In this document: positions 5,982 through 9,842 of the stretch, piece by piece
Layout: the number at the start of each line of letters is the position of its first letter
How positions within the stretch are numbered: the stretch's first letter is position 1
From: an archaeon
GTDB taxonomy: Archaea; Iainarchaeota; Iainarchaeia; Iainarchaeales; CSSED10-239
DNA length: 9,842 bases
Assembly: GCA_041677685.1 (NCBI GenBank)
Contig: JBAYPN010000026.1
Span: 1-9,842, forward strand
Direction of reading: 5' to 3'
Notes under the pieces: generated by a model
Database searches by the model: none
What the model saw: the letters and a program-made list of their open reading frames with translations, nothing else
What the model was told of the DNA's origin: nothing
Position numbers and translations under genes: made by a program

Positions 5982-6157
5982 ATGACAGAGAAGTCTTTAG
6001 CAATAGTTGATACATCTTTTTGGATCATTTAGTTAAAGTTGAGCTATTAGATGAATTTTTAGATGTTTTAGAAATTAATAAAGTTGCTTTAAATTTAGAT
6101 ACTGTGCCTTTTGAGTATGGATTGTCTTCTATTAAGAAATCCTTAAAAAAGAAATAG
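5982..6157 (+). pseudogene. Possible PIN-domain (VapC-like) gene remnant, frameshifted and truncated
   Basis: ATG at 5982 gives MTEKSLAIVDTSFWII then a stop at 6030. IVDTSFWI resembles the N-terminal hhDTSh motif of PIN domains. The frame starting at 6029 continues LVKVELLDEFLDVLEINKVALNLDTVPFEYGLSSIKKSLKKK to a stop at 6155-6157. About 59 aa in total, too short for an intact PIN domain. Confidence 0.25.
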
Positions 6158-6210
6158 TTTTTCTTTAGAAAAGACGATAGTCTATATGTTTTAAATTTTA
6201 AGTAATCAGA

Positions 6211-6594
6211 TTAAAGTAAATATTTTGATCTTGTAAATTCTAAAAGATCTTCAGGGTTTAGATTATATTTTAGGTCTTCAATCTTAATTTGTATGTCTTT
6301 AACAATTTTGTTCTTCTCTTTTAATATCTCAGATTTAGTGTAACCTTTTTCAAAAACAATTTCACTTATTTTTAAATTTAAATTGTTGTTTGTTTTGTAA
6401 AAGATATATGCAATAGTCTTTTTAATTTTAGTCACATCTCTATTTTCAATTTCTAAAAATATTTGTAGATTCTTAACTTTTTTAAGAGTTAAGTATTCTT
6501 CTTTTAATTTAATATTTTTTAAAAAATTAACATACTCTTTTTCATCAATCTCAAGTTTTGAAAAACCTTTTATTTTAAAATTGTCTTTAATCAT
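6211..6594 (-). CDS. Hypothetical protein (127 aa, Lys/Glu/Ile-rich)
   Basis: Clean ORF with an ATG start. Its composition matches neighbouring genes. No motif recognised. Confidence 0.5.
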   Translation of the reverse strand: MIKDNFKIKGFSKLEIDEKEYVNFLKNIKLKEEYLTLKKVKNLQIFLEIENRDVTKIKKTIAYIFYKTNNNLNLKISEIVFEKGYTKSEILKEKNKIVKDIQIKIEDLKYNLNPEDLLEFTRSKYLL

Positions 6595-6787
6595 AATTAT
6601 CTTTTACCCTATAAGTTATATTTATATAATAGCAAAAAGATTTATAAATTATGCTCTAAAAATATTTAGTTATATAAACTTTATTTTTTAAAAAATAAAA
6701 AATAAAAAAACTTATTTTAAATACTTTTTGTTATATTATATTATCTAAATAAAAAACTATAAATAATAAAAAATAAATTTGAGAAAT

Positions 6788-8743
6788 ATGAAAGTACCTA
6801 AATTTAAATATGTTATAGACAACTTTACAGATTTTAGAATAATTAGATATAAAGTTCCTGATTTTAAAAAATTGTCTCTAAAAGAAAAAAAATTAATTTA
6901 TTATCTTTACCAAGCTGGACTGTATGGAAGAGATATCTACTATGATCAAAATTATAAACATAACTTAATAATTAGAAAAACCTTAGAGGAAATTGTAAAA
7001 GAACCAAAAACAAAGAAAAGTTCAAGAGATTATAATCAATTGCTTGATTATCTTAAACAGATGTGGGCATCTAATGGAATACATAATCATTATTCTTTTA
7101 AAAAAATAGTTCCAAAGTTTTCAAAAGCCTACTTAATTAAAGAAATTAAAAACTTAGAAGAAAATAAATTGCCTTTAGAAAAAAAACAATTGTTAAAGAT
7201 AATAATTCCAATTGTCTTTAATAAGAAAATAGATTCTACAAAAACATGTTTTGATCCAAAAAAAGATTTGATCAAAAATTCAGCAGTTAACTTTTATGAT
7301 AACTTAACTCAAAAAGAAGTTGATAACTATTATTCTAAGCTAATAAACAAAAAAGATAAAGAACCTGTTATGTATGGGCTTAATTCAATGCTGGTAAAGA
7401 AAAATGGAAAAATTGTTGAAAAGGTGTGGAAAGTAAATGGACTTTATTCTAAAGCAATTGAAAGAATAATAGATTACTTAGAAAAAGCAATCTTAGTTTC
7501 TGATTCTAAACAGAAAAAGATTGTTATTAAAAATTTAATTGATTTTTATAAAACTGGAGATTTAAAAACTTTTGATAAATATTCTTTATCTTGGTTAAAA
7601 GATAATAAATCAAATGTTGATTTTTTAAATGGGTTTATAGAAAATTATAATGACCCATTAAACAAAAAAGGAAGCTATGAGGCAATGGTTTCAATTAAAG
7701 ATTTTGATGAAACAAAAAGAACAAAAATAATTAGTAATAATGCTTTATGGTTTGAACAAAATTCCCCAACAGATAAAGAATTTAAAAGAACAGAAATTAA
7801 AGGAATGGATGCTAAGGTAATTAATGTTGTTGTTGAAGTTGGAGATGCTTCCCCTACAACCCCAATTGGAATTAATCTACCTAACTCTAATTGGATTAGG
7901 CAAAAGTACGGTTCTAAGTCAGTAAGTTTAGGAAACATTATTAAGGCTTATGAGATGGCATCTAAGGAAAGTAATTTGAAAAAAGAATTTTTTAATTCTA
8001 AAAAAGAAATTGATCTTTTAGACAAATATTCTTTACTTGCAAACAATCTACATGTGGATCTACATGAGATTGTGGGACATGGTTCTGGTAAATCTGAAGA
8101 AGGAATGTCAGACTTTACTTCTAGCTTAAGAAATTATGATGCTGTTATTGAAGAGGCAAGAGCTGATCTTGTGGCTTTATATTTTGCAATTGATAAAAAA
8201 TTAATTGATCTTAAGTTAATGTCAAGCTTAGATGTTGGAAAAGCTCTATATATCTCTTATATTACAGGTGGGTTGTTAGTTCAGCTTTCGAAAATAAAAA
8301 AAAATCATAATCTTGAAGAAGCACATATGAGAAATAGACAACTAATATGTAAGTGGGTTTATGAAAAAGGCAAATCTCAGAAAATAATTGAAAAGAAAAT
8401 AAAAAATAAAAAAACATATTTTGTAATTAATGATTATGATAGGCTTAGAGAATTATTTGGAAAGTTATTAAAAGAAATTCAAAGAATTAAATCAACTGGA
8501 GATTATAATGAAGCAAAAGAGCTTGTTGAAAAGTATGGCGTGAAGGTGGATAAGAAATTACATGCTGAAGTTATTAAAAGATGGGAGAAATTAAAGATTC
8601 CTAAATATTCTGGATTTATTAATCCAAAATTAATTCCAATTTATTCAAAGAACAAAAAAGAAATTATAGATGTTAAGATTAGTTATCCTGAGAATTTTGA
8701 AAAGCAAATGTTAGAATATTCTTATGTTTATTCTGTTCTTTAA
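6788..8743 (+). CDS. Dipeptidyl-peptidase III family zinc metallopeptidase (MEROPS M49), bacterial short-spacer type
   Basis: HEIVGH (8063-8080) matches the M49 HEXXGH motif, and EEARAD (8150-8167) matches the second M49 zinc motif EEXR(A/K)(E/D). HEIVGHGSGK ... IEEARADL has the short spacing seen in Bacteroides-type DPP III. I prefer the ATG at 6788 to the TTG at 6779. Confidence 0.85.
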   Translation: MKVPKFKYVIDNFTDFRIIRYKVPDFKKLSLKEKKLIYYLYQAGLYGRDIYYDQNYKHNLIIRKTLEEIVKEPKTKKSSRDYNQLLDYLKQMWASNGIHNHYSFKKIVPKFSKAYLIKEIKNLEENKLPLEKKQLLKIIIPIVFNKKIDSTKTCFDPKKDLIKNSAVNFYDNLTQKEVDNYYSKLINKKDKEPVMYGLNSMLVKKNGKIVEKVWKVNGLYSKAIERIIDYLEKAILVSDSKQKKIVIKNLIDFYKTGDLKTFDKYSLSWLKDNKSNVDFLNGFIENYNDPLNKKGSYEAMVSIKDFDETKRTKIISNNALWFEQNSPTDKEFKRTEIKGMDAKVINVVVEVGDASPTTPIGINLPNSNWIRQKYGSKSVSLGNIIKAYEMASKESNLKKEFFNSKKEIDLLDKYSLLANNLHVDLHEIVGHGSGKSEEGMSDFTSSLRNYDAVIEEARADLVALYFAIDKKLIDLKLMSSLDVGKALYISYITGGLLVQLSKIKKNHNLEEAHMRNRQLICKWVYEKGKSQKIIEKKIKNKKTYFVINDYDRLRELFGKLLKEIQRIKSTGDYNEAKELVEKYGVKVDKKLHAEVIKRWEKLKIPKYSGFINPKLIPIYSKNKKEIIDVKISYPENFEKQMLEYSYVYSVL

Positions 8744-8769
8744 TTTTTAGACAAATAATATTTTTTTTA

Positions 8770-8812
8770 GTTTTCTAAAATTAGAAAACAATATGTTTTT
8801 AAATAAAAACAT
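8770..8812 (+). terminator. Two adjacent perfect 8-bp AT-rich hairpins, each with an AAAT loop (possible terminator or regulatory element)
   Basis: GTTTTCTA-AAAT-TAGAAAAC (8770-8789) and ATGTTTTT-AAAT-AAAAACAT (8793-8812), preceded by a T-run at 8761-8768. They lie between the DPP III stop and the next small ORF. Confidence 0.25.
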
Positions 8813-8842
8813 AGTAATTATATTTATAGTGATAGATTAAAT

Positions 8843-9007
8843 ATGTTAAAAAAAGATATAAAGGTAGTGTTAGGGAGAACAATAATTTTAATTGGAATTA
8901 TTTTCTTAATATTTGGTTTAACTGAACTTTATGAATTTCATATAGGTTTATTATTTGCAATAATTTTATGGGTAATTTCAATATTAATATTTAGAAATTA
9001 TATATGA
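8843..9007 (+). CDS. Hypothetical small membrane protein (54 aa, two hydrophobic segments)
   Basis: Not in the track (too short). ATG at 8843 gives MLKKDIKVVLGRTIILIGIIFLIFGLTELYEFHIGLLFAIILWVISILIFRNYI, with a stop at 9005-9007. Confidence 0.3.
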   Translation: MLKKDIKVVLGRTIILIGIIFLIFGLTELYEFHIGLLFAIILWVISILIFRNYI

Positions 9008-9013
9008 TTTGAT

Positions 9014-9103
9014 ATGTCTAAAGAAAAATATACTTTTTGGGTTGTGCTTTCAATAATTGTTATAGTTGTTCTTTTAGTTTTAGGTTTAATAATGTATTAT
9101 TAA
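9014..9103 (+). CDS. Hypothetical micro membrane protein (29 aa, one hydrophobic segment)
   Basis: ATG at 9014 gives MSKEKYTFWVVLSIIVIVVLLVLGLIMYY, with a stop at 9101-9103. It starts 6 nt after the previous small ORF. Confidence 0.2.
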   Translation: MSKEKYTFWVVLSIIVIVVLLVLGLIMYY

Positions 9104-9139
9104 GTTGTTGTATAATTTTTAGGAAAGAGTTACTTTTAA

Positions 9140-9221
9140 GCAGGGTTTCCCGAGCGGTCAAAGGGGATGGACTCAAAATCCATTGCTTAGTGCTTCACAG
9201 GTTCGAATCCTGTACCCTGCA
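9140..9221 (+). tRNA. tRNA-Leu(CAA), class II, CCA not encoded
   Basis: Acceptor GCAGGGT/ACCCTGC has 7/7 pairs. D-stem CCC/GGG. Anticodon stem ATGGA/TCCAT with loop CTCAAAA (anticodon CAA). 13-nt variable region. T-arm ACAGG-TTCGAAT-CCTGT. Discriminator is A. Confidence 0.85.
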
Positions 9222-9236
9222 CTTTTTAAAAACAGA

Positions 9237-9518
9237 TTACAATTCTTTTTCAATTTTTATAGCTTTTCCATTTATTAAAGAATCAGCAATTTTTGTTCTT
9301 GCTTCTAGTAGTATTCTGTGGAAAGTAGATTGAGAAATTTCCATTCTTTTTGCACATTCTATTTGTTCTAACCTTTCATGATCTTTAAGTCTAATTGCTT
9401 CAAGTTCAGAAAAATCCAATTTAATTTGTTCTAATCTATTGATTGGTATTCCTGCTGGTTTAAAGTAGGTCACTTTTGGTATATTTAAAATTCTTCTAAA
9501 TCTTTTTGGTCTTGGCAT
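9237..9518 (-). CDS. DUF134 (UPF0251) family predicted DNA-binding protein
   Basis: MPRPKRFRRI...FKPAGIP...LDFSELEAIRLKDHERLEQIECAKRMEISQSTFHRILLEARTKIADSLINGKAI matches the conserved DUF134 pattern: MPRP..R, FKP.G, E.EA.RL.D, and a sigma-70 region-4-like helix-turn-helix. Confidence 0.85.
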   Translation of the reverse strand: MPRPKRFRRILNIPKVTYFKPAGIPINRLEQIKLDFSELEAIRLKDHERLEQIECAKRMEISQSTFHRILLEARTKIADSLINGKAIKIEKEL

Positions 9519-9524
9519 ATTTTC

Positions 9525-9842
9525 TCAACTTTCTTTTTTACATGATTCTTTTATATCTTTTAAATTATTTAAATTATTAATAACTTCATTTAATATTTTA
9601 TAGTTTCCATTTTTAATTAATATTTGCTTTTCATTGAAAAAAGAAATTGCTTTTTGTCCCATTCCTAAACTAAAAATAATATCTGGCTTATATTTTATTA
9701 TTTCTTCAGAGATGTTTGAGTTTTTTAGACTATGGTCATTTTTGTTTTTTATAATTTCTAATCTTTTAGTTTCACTTTGGTAAATTGCAAAAAAATTACA
9801 CATTCCAAAATGTTTACTTAATTTTGAGTTAAGTGCATTGTC
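9525..9842 (-). CDS. NifB/NifX/NifY-like (dinitrogenase iron-molybdenum cofactor domain family) protein, 5' end outside the window
   Basis: The frame stays open to the window edge: DNALNSKLSKHFGMCNFFAIYQ. The HFG....F.IY motif and a later GMG..A segment are typical of this small domain family. The stop lies 6 nt upstream of the DUF134 start, suggesting an operon. Confidence 0.6.
   Translation of the reverse strand, partial: DNALNSKLSKHFGMCNFFAIYQSETKRLEIIKNKNDHSLKNSNISEEIIKYKPDIIFSLGMGQKAISFFNEKQILIKNGNYKILNEVINNLNNLKDIKESCKKES

Noticed and set aside
7675-7938. 87-aa minus-strand ORF
   Set aside because: It lies entirely within, and antisense to, the well-supported M49 peptidase gene.
9037-9333. 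98-aa plus-strand ORF
   Set aside because: It runs straight through tRNA-Leu(CAA) and is antisense to the 3' end of the DUF134 gene. It is also Cys/Phe/Ser-rich, which is atypical for this genome.

Overview
Strongly AT-rich prokaryotic window. The class II tRNAs have archaeal-style D-arms (GAGYGGTCAAA) and no encoded CCA, so I favour a small-genome, DPANN-like archaeon, but I cannot prove this. Left part (about 45-4467): a tRNA-Ser(GCU) gene followed by a roughly 4.3 kb island. The island is bounded by a perfect 100-bp direct repeat (81-180 and 4368-4467), made of the 3' 47 nt of the tRNA plus a GC-rich 53-nt tail. This is the classic signature of site-specific integration into a tRNA gene. 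The island carries: an ORF that starts inside the repeat and sits where an integrase is expected (it looks like a degenerate SSV-type integrase); a GNAT-like acetyltransferase; two doubtful small ORFs; a second tRNA-Ser(GCU)-like gene that looks like a Leu/Ser chimera; a decayed ~1 kb IS5/IS903-like insertion sequence with inverted repeats and a target duplication; and a class I SAM methyltransferase. Right part: an NlpC/P60-like cysteine peptidase; a membrane-anchored 3xKazal + DUF333 protein with a perfect internal 104-bp duplication; a PIN-like gene fragment; a hypothetical protein; a bacterial-type M49 dipeptidyl-peptidase III; two tiny membrane ORFs; tRNA-Leu(CAA); and a DUF134 / NifX-like gene pair that runs off the window end. 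I saw no CRISPR array, rRNA or recognisable defence system. The most interesting material is the tRNA-anchored island, its integrase-position ORF and the chimeric tRNA.
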